64,000 nucleotides of DNA from NCBI GenBank assembly GCA_964016885.1, contig OZ024743.1:198214001-198278000 (forward strand). Reading direction: 5' to 3'. Every line of letters starts with the position of its first letter. The first letter of the stretch is position 1. This document shows, piece by piece, positions 39,061 through 51,569 of the stretch. A program made the position numbers and the translations under genes. The notes under the pieces were generated by a model. It was given only the letters and a program-made list of their open reading frames with translations. It was not told the origin of the DNA and made no database searches. Origin of the DNA: Eledone cirrhosa (taxonomy: Eukaryota).

Positions 39061-39180
39061 TCCACTGAAGAGTTATAGGAGCCCACTTGTAGGAATCTAT
39101 TTATCTTATGCAAGCTTCTACATAACTTGGACACTTTTCTCCCACTTTGTAGAAATCTTATAATGAAACGATCTTATGGA
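39061..39180 (+). ncRNA. Hammerhead with extended stem II insertion
   Basis: TCCA-CTGAAGA-GTTATAGGA [~75 nt] TCTTATAAT-GAAAC GATC TTA-TGGA. 9-bp stem II; one stem III mismatch. Confidence 0.65.
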
Positions 39181-39239
39181 GAATGAGATTTATTTGATTA
39201 TGTCTCATATAAAATAATACAGCTGATTATCCATATAAT

Positions 39240-39424
39240 TGTTTCTACTTTATGCACAAGGCCAGCAATTACCCAGTGCATTACTGGTACTTTATTTTAT
39301 CGACCCCGTAAGGATGAAAGGCAAAGTCAACCTCGGCGGGATTTGAACTCAGATCGTAAAGGGACGTAACTATGCTGGAAAGCATGGCGTCCGACCCTCT
39401 ACCGATACTGCCAATCCACCGCCT
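39240..39424 (-). mobile_element. tRNA-derived SINE, family 1
   Basis: Reverse complement of 7843-8033; TSD attatccatataat. Confidence 0.88.
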
Positions 39425-40201
39425 ATGTATTATCCATATAATACAATATAGTTAGCACCGCAAACGTATAATTGGGAATATACTTAGGTATTTCCTAATG
39501 TTTGTTGAGTGAGTTGGAAGTTGGTCGGAGTATCGCTAATATCTTTCTCTGTTAATGTATTAAATATATTGTTATGCTTTGGGAGGGTCATGTTGCCAAT
39601 AAGAAACACACGCACCAGTTGCTTTCACTTCAATTAATTATAAATTAAATTTATAAATTTAGGAATTTATAAATTTCCTGTTGGTCATATATATATGACG
39701 GGCTTTCATAAAACCAGCTTAGAAGCCGTTTGACAATCCAAGACTATAGTGGAATATACTTTTCCTCTGGGCTATACACTGGGTGCGTGGTGTTAATGTG
39801 ATTGAACTCAAAGCACAGATGTAGGAATAACTATCTATAAGAGGGATCTGATGTAACGTTTAAGAGATATGACTGCGCTGTTAGGGTTATGTCATGGAAA
39901 TGGATTTTTCCAATATATCCAAGTAGAAGGAAAATATTGAAGAAGAAGACCGAGGAAGCAACTGAGCTAAATGGTGAAAGCTGATTTCAGATCTCCGAAA
40001 CTCACAAAGGAAAATGTCACAGAGTTAAAATCTACCTTTCAGACTTCCATGGCACCAGTTAAGTATTGCGATAGAATCTTTGCTTTCTCTATTTTCTCTC
40101 TCTCTCTCTCTTTCTCTTTATCCCCCCCCCCCTCTCTCTATCTTTGATTTGTTCAAGATCAACACAGCGGTCTGTAATAGAGCACTGAACGGAATTTATA
40201 A

Positions 40202-40239
<38 letters not shown>

Positions 40240-42062
40240 CAGGGGAATTGTTTCTGGAAGCATCACATTAGTCAGTATTTCTTACTCTTGTATTTTAATT
40301 GTCAAGTGTCGATCATGACAGAACTGGATATCGGGTTACGGCTGTTGATAATATACGTAAACATACGTTTGTTTTATAATGTGTAGACAAATGGATACTT
40401 ATCTTATCAGCATAAAAGAACCTTGAGGTGGTGGCGATTGATCAAAGTTCGTTGATTCTGAATCAAGAGAGACGAGCTACAGTATCTCTTAGTCGACACA
40501 AGAGGTGATGAAATTCTGAATGATTAAGAAATGAATCTTTGTTCAAGTGAATACTGTTTCTCAACCTATAATAATGCTGCTGTTAAAAAGACGTAGAAAT
40601 AGGAAGTAGGGGAGATAGAAGAGGAAAGGAGGTCAATGTTCTGCTAGAAATATCATTCAGAAGGTCAACCGCTCTATATTTTCCGTCGACACATGCATAG
40701 CAGGGTCAAATGTTTAAGGTGTTCGCTTTGAAATTATTATGTTCCATGTTCAATCCCAATGTATGGCATCTCGGGAAAATGTCATTTACCATAGCTTTTG
40801 TAACCTACCCATGTGATTGACGCTGTGGAGTCTGACACTGTTTGAAAGCTCCTCGAATGGGGTCTACCTATGATTGAAACGGCGAGCCTTCTCAGACTTC
40901 TCCGAATTTAGAGATCACAGCTCCGATACTATGGACATATGGTTAGAATGTCTCAGTAAAGAATCTCTGGGCAGATTTTACGGGCAAAATCCAACAGGCA
41001 GGAGACCCAGGGGTAGACCAGGAGCAAGATCGTTGGATAACATCGATGAGTTTGAAGAAGAAGGAGTCTTCTCAGACACTCTGTCACGCTGAATCTTCCT
41101 GAGAACTACATTATGGACACATGCTTGTGGGATGATCAGCTACTTATATGTTTATTTCATGAGCATTCTACTCCGTTGATCAAACAACTAATACATACCT
41201 CTTCTAAACAGACGGAAGCCCATTCGATCTTTCGCTGTAACGCTCTCAAAACTGTTGAAATCAAGTTAACCAAATATGTGGGAAGAAAATAATTCATCAG
41301 ATAATTTAGATGCACATGTATATAAAAATCTATCATTCCTTTTGTCAGATGCCTGTTTAATTAAGCCTGGCCGTATATTTCATTCATAACATATTGCCTC
41401 GTTATATTTTCGGAATAATTTCTAATCTAACATCGTAGGCCACAGAGCCTTTACTGCGCCTGAACTTGTTTCTTAGAGAATAGTAGAGTTATTCTCTGTG
41501 TGGGAGTTTAGGAATTGTAAATATATAGTTGTCCATACATATTTTCATCTGCTGCAATGCACTTATAAAGGATATTTTTCTAATTTACCATTTCACACTT
41601 ATATATCTATACATTATATTTCTATATAGCTATACGTTTTCATGTATTCTAACACCACACATCTTTGTTTTACCAGCGACAGAGTGTCTCGCTCAATTGA
41701 ATCTACCCTCTTATTCCCCATCCCTGATATTGGTGACCTTTGAAGTAACGTGGGCGTAAATACCTTTACGATTTCTACATCGAACAATTACATTAATGTA
41801 TATTGAGATGTTTATAATCAATCTCGGATTGAACAAATATTCTATATTCATGTTTTAAAAAATGTACATGGAAGCGTGCCAGCGAGAGTGCTTTATCATT
41901 TTTGCTAGATCGCTGGATTTTGTAGAAATGGCAGTCTAAACTTCCACAAAACACATCCCACCACCCCTAACTTGAATGGATACCTTGAATAATGTAATTC
42001 AGATTATATATACACACACAAACACACACACATATATATATATGCGCACGTGTGTGTGTGTG

Positions 42063-42131
<69 letters not shown>

Positions 42132-42691
42132 ATGTATGTATGTATGTATATATGTATGCATGTAGATATATGTGTCTATAGATATATGTATTTGCATGTA
42201 GCTTTATATACACGTGCACAAATATACACATATATATATTAATACATACATACAGGTCGAGAGAAAGGGGAGAACATTCAGACGAAAAGTATGGAAGGAC
42301 AGAAAGAATGAAATAATCACAGTGGGTTATACGAAGGCAAATTCGGAAGAAATACAGTGTAGCGTCGGAAGGTTCCGTAACTCAAATTCTAGACGGAACA
42401 TAACGACACAAAGGAGATTTGATTTTATATGAACTTTTGCACAGATGGAAGAGTTTGCCTGCGGCACAACACAGGATTCTATTCACATCCGCAGATGTCA
42501 GACCGGTGCCTGTTGCTGTTGTAATTGTCGCATAACAGCCCCACACTGGAGTCCCTGATTATACGTATTATCCAATAAATACGATTATATAACATCTGTC
42601 TTCACGTTAATTTCACACACAAACACACACACACACACACACACTCACTTACACACACACACACACTCACTTACACACACACACACACACA

Positions 42692-42810
<119 letters not shown>

Positions 42811-42904
42811 GATATGTGTCTCCCAAAAATGTATACACCTACACATAGCATTCTAATCAAAGTGTGTATACAATTTTGGAGGGACACTCTTTATATATAT
42901 ATAT

Positions 42905-43052
42905 TATATAGAAATGGCTTCTACAGGACTAGAAATGTTTCATTCGGGAGAAATCATATGGAAGACCCTGATATTAAATATTTATATTCTGGTTTGTATT
43001 GAGTACCTTACTTACTGTGGTTACCCCCGATTGAACCCGGAATAAACTTATA

Positions 43053-43122
<70 letters not shown>

Positions 43123-43385
43123 ATGTTATATATATATTTGATGTTATTCCAAATTGAAGGATAAGTGTTTCAAACTTTATTTTATCATGAGTTAAAGGTC
43201 TATAGATTTTTCCCTGGATTTTACTAAATTCTGTGGATGAATTTATATCCTGATTCTCTTTTGAGATGAGTTTGAGTTATTTTTCCTAAATCTTTCGTTA
43301 ACTACTTTTCCCATCTTGACGTTATAGTCGCATATATGTTATAGAATGCCGTTAGCTTCTTGCTAAAACAATCTCTATACCTCTC

Positions 43386-43426
<41 letters not shown>

Positions 43427-43585
43427 TATACTGTATATAATATAGAAATGGCTTCTACAGGACTAGAATTCTTTCATTCGGGAGAAATCATCAGGTAGCT
43501 CCTGATATTAAATATTTATACTCTGCAATGTTTTGAGTACCTTACTTACTGTGGTTACCCCTGATTGAACCCAGGATAAACTTAT
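42905..43585. mobile_element. Two family G islands (42905-43050; 43440-43585), HHR inverted relative to its tail
   Basis: Minus HHRs at about 42917-42964 (core mutated) and 43451-43500 (CTGATGA intact), each followed on plus by gatattaaatatttata...gagtaccttacttactgtggttacc...ataaactt. Confidence 0.8.
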
Positions 43586-44209
43586 ATATATATATCCTTG
43601 CGTGCTTTCTCTATTAGTCGTTCTCTCCCAACTCCTTTTTCTTCCCCATTTTTTCTAGAAATAAGTAATAACCTCACATTGCAAAATCTTATACATTTTG
43701 TGGGCGCCGTGTGGGAATGGAAACAACCACATATTAAAATCATTATTTTATTATTTTTTATTTATTCACTTTTTTAATCTGCCTTCATTATTCTTATTCA
43801 ATATTTGTCATTCGTGAATTGTGAAACCCTTTAAACCCTTCCGCGGTATCTCAAAGCCTATCCCCCATTATATCTCAGTTTATGATACCTTTGGTTTTTG
43901 CTATTGGTTTTTACCTTTGTATACTTTATACATTTCATTATTTATGTTTATTCTTTTTTTACTTTTTCTTGTTACCTGTTTGTTATTATTTTATCAATAT
44001 ATTATCTCAAATTATTCAATATCAGTATTGTTGTTTTACGTGTAGGCGTGACATTACCGTTCACCAGTTTTTCGGATGAATATTTCCAGCTATAAATTCA
44101 ACCCAAACAAATCTTATTACCCGCCACTTTACTGGGTACTTTCTCGCTTAATTACACACACACCTGTGTGATATTATTCATTCGATTATACATGGATAAA
44201 TGTATAAAG

Positions 44210-44247
<38 letters not shown>

Positions 44248-44981
44248 TTAGGAAAATCAACAAAGAGAGGAAAAAACAGCGTACGAAAATAAGGCAAAAC
44301 GAAAAACGTCTTTGAAAATATTTTTTGAAAAATATTTTTTGAAAATAAAAATACAAACGAAAGACAGAACCCCAGGTTCATCGGACTTTGAGACCATCAA
44401 TTTTGACACCACCAATGGTACTGCTGGTCCACCCGTGGTCACAGCATCTGACAAATGTCAAAGCGCTGTCCCATTGACTAGCTAGCTAGATAGATAGATA
44501 GATAGATAAGTGACTGTATGTGTGTAATGAGAAGGGATCTAATGTTGGTGTATTTGTTAATACGTTACTTTTGGTTTCTTTTCCCAAGGTGGCAAAATAT
44601 TCTTTTAAAGTTATGCTCCTAAAAAAAAAAGCTTTTATAACTGATAGGGTTAATATCTTGAAATAGATTTTTGTATCTTTTTTGTAGGGGGTGAAGTGGA
44701 GTTTATTAAATTCAGAACTTCGAAGGCGTGGAGCTGCATTGCTGAGTTGTAATCTTTTTGGTATCTCACTTACATCTGTAAATAAATGAATTTACGGAAA
44801 GTCTCATTTCTGCGGGCCGACACACTTCTAGCCACTGATTTCTGTTCTTTGAGGTAAATTTTACCCGACGCCGTTTGGCTGTTTTAACAGCTTTTCTTGC
44901 GTTGAAGATTTCTCATTATTATATGAATTGTAATACACTCGCGCTTCAACTCGCTCTTCGAGGAAACTTTGTTTATATATA

Positions 44982-45040
<59 letters not shown>

Positions 45041-45042
<2 letters not shown>

Positions 45043-45192
45043 TAGTTCCACAACAGTTAATTCACCATTTCAGAGAACAGTTGTTTCACCTTATTCGGAT
45101 CATCAGCTTTCTTTTAAAACCGATATGATGATCCGAATAAGGTGAAACAATTGTTCTCGGAAATGGTGAATTAACTGTTGTGGAACTGCTTC
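45041..45192. mobile_element. Fold-back island with divergently oriented hammerheads (45072-45110 minus; 45120-45160 plus)
   Basis: ~65-bp inverted arms. Consensus CCGAG-CTGATGA-TCC GAATAA GGT-GAAAC AATT GTT-CTCGG. Confidence 0.8.
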
Positions 45193-45235
45193 TACTAAAC
45201 TCGTCCCATCAGTGTTCTAATTTATATATATATTC

Positions 45236-46448
45236 TAGCTGAGCTACCCGGTAATTCCTGGCTATTTTATTAAAGTTTCAATATTTGACCATTGAAATAT
45301 GATTGCTGAATTGTAACTGAAGTAGGAGTTATAGCAGAATCTTTATTGCCGTTTGTTTAAAGCAAATCATGTAGATAAAAATATTATTAGTTTTGTCTAG
45401 TGGTGATTTTTTTAATACTCCCCCATTTACAGTCAGCATATATAATGCTTTGCACTTGGAAGAATCATTAGGTATGTTGTCAGTGAAAAGAGCATGACCC
45501 AAAAAAATAAATTTAGATTTTATACATACTTTTTTTTTTTTTGCACAATCAGAACCTCTGAAATGCAAACAAAATGTGAAGGCTATTTTAAAAAGTATAA
45601 ATGAAATAAAATAAAATAATAAATGTACCATTGGTTTATGAATAAATGAAGAATTTACTTACTCACATCTGTAATTTAGGAAAGTTTATTTAAATGTGTA
45701 TAAGTGTGCTAAATATATACATATCAGACGGTTAGCGCCTGGCGGTAGGCCTACATCAGATCTTTTAGAAAGCCCTCACAACCAGTCCGACAATAGCAGT
45801 TGTAACTTTTACCACGGAATCGAGTGATTATGGTCGTTGAGCATTCCAGTGGCGGTAGTGGTATTTTTCACGCGTCACAATATCCCCCTCCCCCTCCTGA
45901 TACGTACTCAGAACGACAATGTGACTTGAGAGGGCGTGCGCTATCTTTGCACTGGAGCGGAGGGGGCTTCCTGGAAAGATAAAATGCCGGTATACCTAGT
46001 CGGGAGCCAACCGGACGGGCCAACTAGTTTGTATATATAGCTGACGTACCTAGCTTCGCTTGGATAAACAGACGATAAGAGAAGACAGGTAAAAAAAAAT
46101 ATATATATATATATATATACTTGGAAGTGTAAGAATTACAAACTTGTTTCGATTCTGCTGTGCGAGTGTGTCTGTATGTTGAAACAGTTGCACTGGCATA
46201 ATGCAAGCGTAGCAACTCCGCTATTCTAATTGCTTCCCCTTTTCAAATATACTTTATTGCCGTGGTTTTTTCATAATTCGAATCGTTGCTCGTCTCTTGG
46301 ACGTCGGAGCTCGACAGAAATAGCCTCACTTTCTTCCTAGGGGAAAGTTACATCAATGGTGGAAATATGGTGCCGTTTGGTCCTGCCGTTTGGCCAAAAG
46401 TTTGTTATATACATAGATACATACATACGACCGTCAGATTGATAGATA
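45236..46448 (-). mobile_element. Possible non-autonomous Helitron remnant
   Basis: Minus strand ends in a GC-rich hairpin plus CTAG at 45236; (ACAT)n and gatagat near 46410-46448. Confidence 0.35.
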
Positions 46449-47412
46449 ATGGCTTCAGCACGCGTAGAAAACCACTGCACACATCCAATTTTTTGTGAAG
46501 TGTGGTAGTCAACTAGAAAACCTGCCCATCTATCATTCTGCGTTAGATTCAGAAGGTTAATAGTGATATAAGTAAAGAAGTAAGCGCATTTGTTTAAAAG
46601 AGAACGGCGATTTAAATTTGAAAATAGAATTAGAAGCTTTCGCCGTACCTTTGACTATAGAAAATAATCTAATAACAGGGCATATAAACCTCAGAACGGT
46701 AGAAAAATTGATATAAGCACGCGAGGGAATCGAAACATTCATTCAGAATGTTTCGTTTACATATAGATAGGGCATAAAGGTGCTGCAAACTAAAGTTTAT
46801 TGTTGCAAGGTCGTTTTGATGAATGTGGATGTGTAGGTGGGTTTCAGGAGCTAATGTAGTCTAGCATTGATTCAAAGTTACTAATTAGTCTGTGGTCTTT
46901 TACGTTATTCAGGACATTTTCAATTGTTATTTCTGTTTACAGATTTTTTTTTATTCGATGAATCCACGCCATTTTGCATGTGCGCACTTGTGTGTGTTTG
47001 TGTGCGTGGATGTGTTGAGTATGTGTGTGTGATGAGTATATGTCTGTGTGCGCGCGTGTGTGTGTGTTTGCTTGGATGCGTGTCTGTGGTGAGTATGTCT
47101 GGATGTATGTGTGTTGTGTGTTTGTGTGTGTGAAAATATTTGTCCTTTTTTATTTATATTGGTTACCGGCTTCTAGATATAATTCTAAGCCTTCTTTCTC
47201 GAAAGAATAACTATTATTATAAATAAGAGTTCATTTACATAAATATACAATTACGTCTGTCTAAGGACTGACAACTTCTCCCCAAATAAAACTATAAAAA
47301 ATGCTCTGTATGAATGCAATGTGTCCGGCAATATAGAAAAATGTTGAAAAGAATGAACAGTGATGCAGGGCAAAGAAATTAGCGAAAAAAATAATAAAAT
47401 TGAAAGGAATTT

Positions 47413-47413
47413 A

Positions 47414-47448
<35 letters not shown>

Positions 47449-47549
47449 TAATGATGATGATGATGATGATGATGATGACGATAACGATGATGATAATAAT
47501 GATGATGATGATGATGATGATTGTGAAGCTGCTGCTGTTGCTTCTTCTT

Positions 47550-47613
<64 letters not shown>

Positions 47614-47674
47614 GAATACTACTACCAACACCACAACCGCCGCAACCACCAACACCGCCACCACCACCACCACC

Positions 47675-47720
<46 letters not shown>

Positions 47721-47740
47721 GCCACTACAACAACAATAAC
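47413..47740. repeat. Compound trinucleotide microsatellite (AAT/GAT/ACT/ACC)
   Basis: Seen directly. Confidence 0.95.
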
Positions 47741-48162
47741 TATAAAAAGGCATAACAAAAGGTAAAAAAAAAGGGAAACAGACGATAAATGTGTTGTAAA
47801 TGAAAGGATGACAACGAAAGGAAAGTTGAAAGACTTTCAGAAATAGACGGGGAGATCAGACTGGTGTGTGTCACTGAATAGAACCGTAGTGACTGAAATT
47901 AATAAAAATAATAATTATAGTGTATGTACATATATATATATATGTATGTATATATGTATGTATGTACATGTGCATGTGTGTGTGTGTGTGCATGTGTTTT
48001 TATATATATACATATGTATATATATATTTGTATATATATATTTATATACATATACATATATATATATTTTTATATATAACAAAGAATTGTGGTAAGGAAC
48101 CAGGTGGACCATAACGCATCAGAGTACTCAATACTTCGGGTAGTAGAGTGGGAAATTAGAAA

Positions 48163-48264
48163 AAGTATGACTCCGACGGCAGAGCTCAAGCCGTTTCGAC
48201 GGCTATTTCTGAGTCCAGAAATAGCCGTCGAAACGGCTTGAGCTCTGCCGTCGGGGTCATACTT
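48163..48264. repeat. Hairpin, ~49-bp arms with 4-nt loop, family I
   Basis: aagtatgactccgacggcagagctcaagccgtttcgacggctatttctg agtc cagaaatagccgtcgaaacggcttgagctctgccgtcggggtcatactt. Confidence 0.9.
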
Positions 48265-48267
48265 CTT

Positions 48268-48327
<60 letters not shown>

Positions 48328-48612
48328 ATGATATAGATATATAAAAATACACACAAACCTATATTGAGAGAAAAAACAAACGTGATAACACAGTGTTGAA
48401 ATAGATTTATTGTGAGTAAAACTGGTACATAATGTTATTTTCAATGGATGTATTGTACGAAGATATGTTATATATTACAAGTTTGGATATAATAATATAT
48501 ATATAACAATATATATAGAGAGAGGGAGGGATACATATATGTGACATGAAATAATATAATAGATATGTGTGTGATTACGCACCCCAAAACACACACACAC
48601 ACACACACACTC

Positions 48613-48673
<61 letters not shown>

Positions 48674-48677
<4 letters not shown>

Positions 48678-49016
48678 CTTGGGGAGGGTCATATTGTTGT
48701 AATAATATTATTGCCAGAATTAATAACAGAACACACTCACTGTTTGGTTGGTTTTCGCTCCTGTATCTTTTATATCAGTTAATTTATTCGGTCCTCAATG
48801 TTTACCATTGACTGACCAACGGTCATATAGACTATATATGTGTTTGTGTCTATATTATATCTGTATTTTTTACCGTTGGTCAGTCAATGGTAAACATTGA
48901 GGGCCGAATAAATTAACTGATATAAAAGATACAGAAGCGAAAACCAACAAACAGTGTGTGTTCTGTTATTAATTCTGGTAATATTATTACAACAATATGA
49001 CCCTCCCCAAGTATAA
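48674..49016. mobile_element. Fold-back island of family H tail, ~150-bp arms
   Basis: ttatacttggggagggtcatattg...gaccaacggt mirrored by accgttggtc...atatgaccctccccaagtataa; homologous to 29735-29932. Confidence 0.85.
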
Positions 49017-49065
49017 CAATATTTGTTTCGACACACGATTTCATATCAAAAACCTCGCAAAACAA

Positions 49066-49104
<39 letters not shown>

Positions 49105-49139
49105 TATATTTATATATGAATATACATATATATAATATG

Positions 49140-49192
<53 letters not shown>

Positions 49193-49265
49193 TACACATA
49201 TATATAATATATAGTATAATGTACATAATATACATAATATATATAATATACATACTATATATATG

Positions 49266-49345
49266 TAATTGCCTTGTCTGACGAACGAATGAGGACGTTT
49301 CTTGTATTCGTCTTATTCGGGAAACCTCTGGTAATGAGGTAATTA
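49266..49345 (+). ncRNA. Type I hammerhead ribozyme, nearly alone between TA tracts
   Basis: TAATTGCCTTGT-CTGACGA-A CGAAT GAGGACG..CGTCTT ATTCG G-GAA ACC TCT GGT A-ATGAGGTAATTA. 12-bp stem I including GU pairs. Confidence 0.87.
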
Positions 49346-49360
49346 TATTGTATTTCATTA

Positions 49361-49444
<84 letters not shown>

Positions 49445-49471
49445 TATATGAATAGACATATATATAATATA

Positions 49472-49519
<48 letters not shown>

Positions 49520-49523
<4 letters not shown>

Positions 49524-49786
49524 TAAAAGGAATTCCAACTCTGTCTGATTTACTCGTTTTATTTACAATCCTTTAAAATATATAATGGTATTAGAGTGAA
49601 ATATTATGGTAGAATATTAAATGTTAAGTGTTAATTGAACATTTACTTTCATGCTTTCGCAATCTTCAGGTTCAAATTCTGTGGTGACAGTCAAGTTTGC
49701 AATTTTCAACTGTGAAACATTTTAAAGAATTGTAAATAAAACGAGTAAATCAGACAAAGTTGGAAGTTGGAATTCCTTTTATTAAT
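49520..49786. mobile_element. Family C island, second copy (HHR 49636-49674 minus, stem III mutated)
   Basis: Collinear with 22038-22297; inverted termini, (TA)n on the left and a CA/TA tract on the right. Confidence 0.85.
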
Positions 49787-49831
49787 ATAACCTTCTATAC
49801 ACAATCACACACACACACATACACACACACG

Positions 49832-49951
<120 letters not shown>

Positions 49952-49996
49952 CATTTATATATATATATATACATATATATATATACATATATATAG

Positions 49997-50257
<261 letters not shown>

Positions 50258-50791
50258 GTTCATATAAAAATCTATGATGAATGAATTTACTCTTCTGGTG
50301 ATAGCCGTCATTGGACTACCCTGATATCAACCTGCAAGAAATACACGTCACTGATCAAGAATCTCTCGTGAAATATACAATGGCAAGTAAGAGAAGGTTG
50401 ATGTGGAAATAACTCAAACGAATATTTCATATAAAAAAAATTCCCCATAAATGGAAAGTTATTAGGTACTCAATTATTGATTTTACATTCTCGAAATGAG
50501 GTTAGTGTACCCATAATAACAAAATTGAGTATTTTAACCCCCCCCCCCCCCCCCCCCCCCCCCGCCGCCTCCCTCACAAATACTTAATTTCCTTGTCAAT
50601 TTTCCTTACAAACATGGTGTCGACTCGAGTGTATGGTAAAAACTCTAGCTAAAATAATATTTCTATATAATAACGGCTACCGTACTTATTAGAAACAGTA
50701 AAATGATTGTTGATCGATTTAGTACAATTATATTTATACATCAAATATCTAAATTTGGAAAGTAATTCATGTGGTATTTGTTTAAATTATT

Positions 50792-50992
50792 AATGGTTTC
50801 TGATTTAGGTACAAAGCCAGCAATTGTTTTGGGGAGGGCAAGTCGTGACTGCTACTTTATTTTATCGCCCACGTAAGGGTGAACGGCAAAGATAAAACCG
50901 GCGGGATTTCAACTCAGAACGTAAAGTGTCGTAACTCTATGCTGTAAAGAATTCTGTCCGATGCTCTACCGATACTGATAATCCACCGCCCT
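50792..50992 (-). mobile_element. tRNA-derived SINE, family 1 (diverged)
   Basis: tactttattttatcg..gtaagggtgaacggcaaag..ggcgggatttcaactcagaacgtaaag..atccaccgcc. Confidence 0.75.
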
Positions 50993-51569
50993 TGTTTAAA
51001 CTAATAACAGTACCTAAATTATAAATACGACAGTTTAGAACCGGCGCTATAACGGTAAAAATACACAGAATGAAGGGCCCTGTGCTATTTCATTGTCGAT
51101 TGAAAATGATTGAATTTGTCTCTATGGGAAAATATACTCAAATCTGTATTTTTATTTCCTAGATCTGTAAGAACTACAAATCACAATCTTTGTTCTTCAC
51201 AAATCCAGGAAAACAAACATTGCACATCATCATGGCTGTATCATGGAATCACCAAATATTTCGAGTATTAAAACATAATCCTTAATCCAGGGGAGCAACT
51301 ACGGTTTATCTACCTACATTCTACGTCTAATTAGTTATAGCACCTCCATTAAGCCATAGCCATGTTGATGTATTCTTTGCAGCTTCTAAGTGGGTATTGA
51401 TGGCTCTCTTAGAATATCACATATCATTAGACATGTAATCATAGCGACTATGATACAGATTGTATTGGAGAAATAAGTATAGTGTGAAATAAATATAGAA
51501 ATGATTCATATATATATATATATATTTATACACTATATATATATATATACACATTATATATATATATAT

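Noticed and set aside
47251-47765. Poly-N/D/T or poly-V ORFs (also 55209-55490)
   Set aside because: Trinucleotide microsatellites with no coding context.
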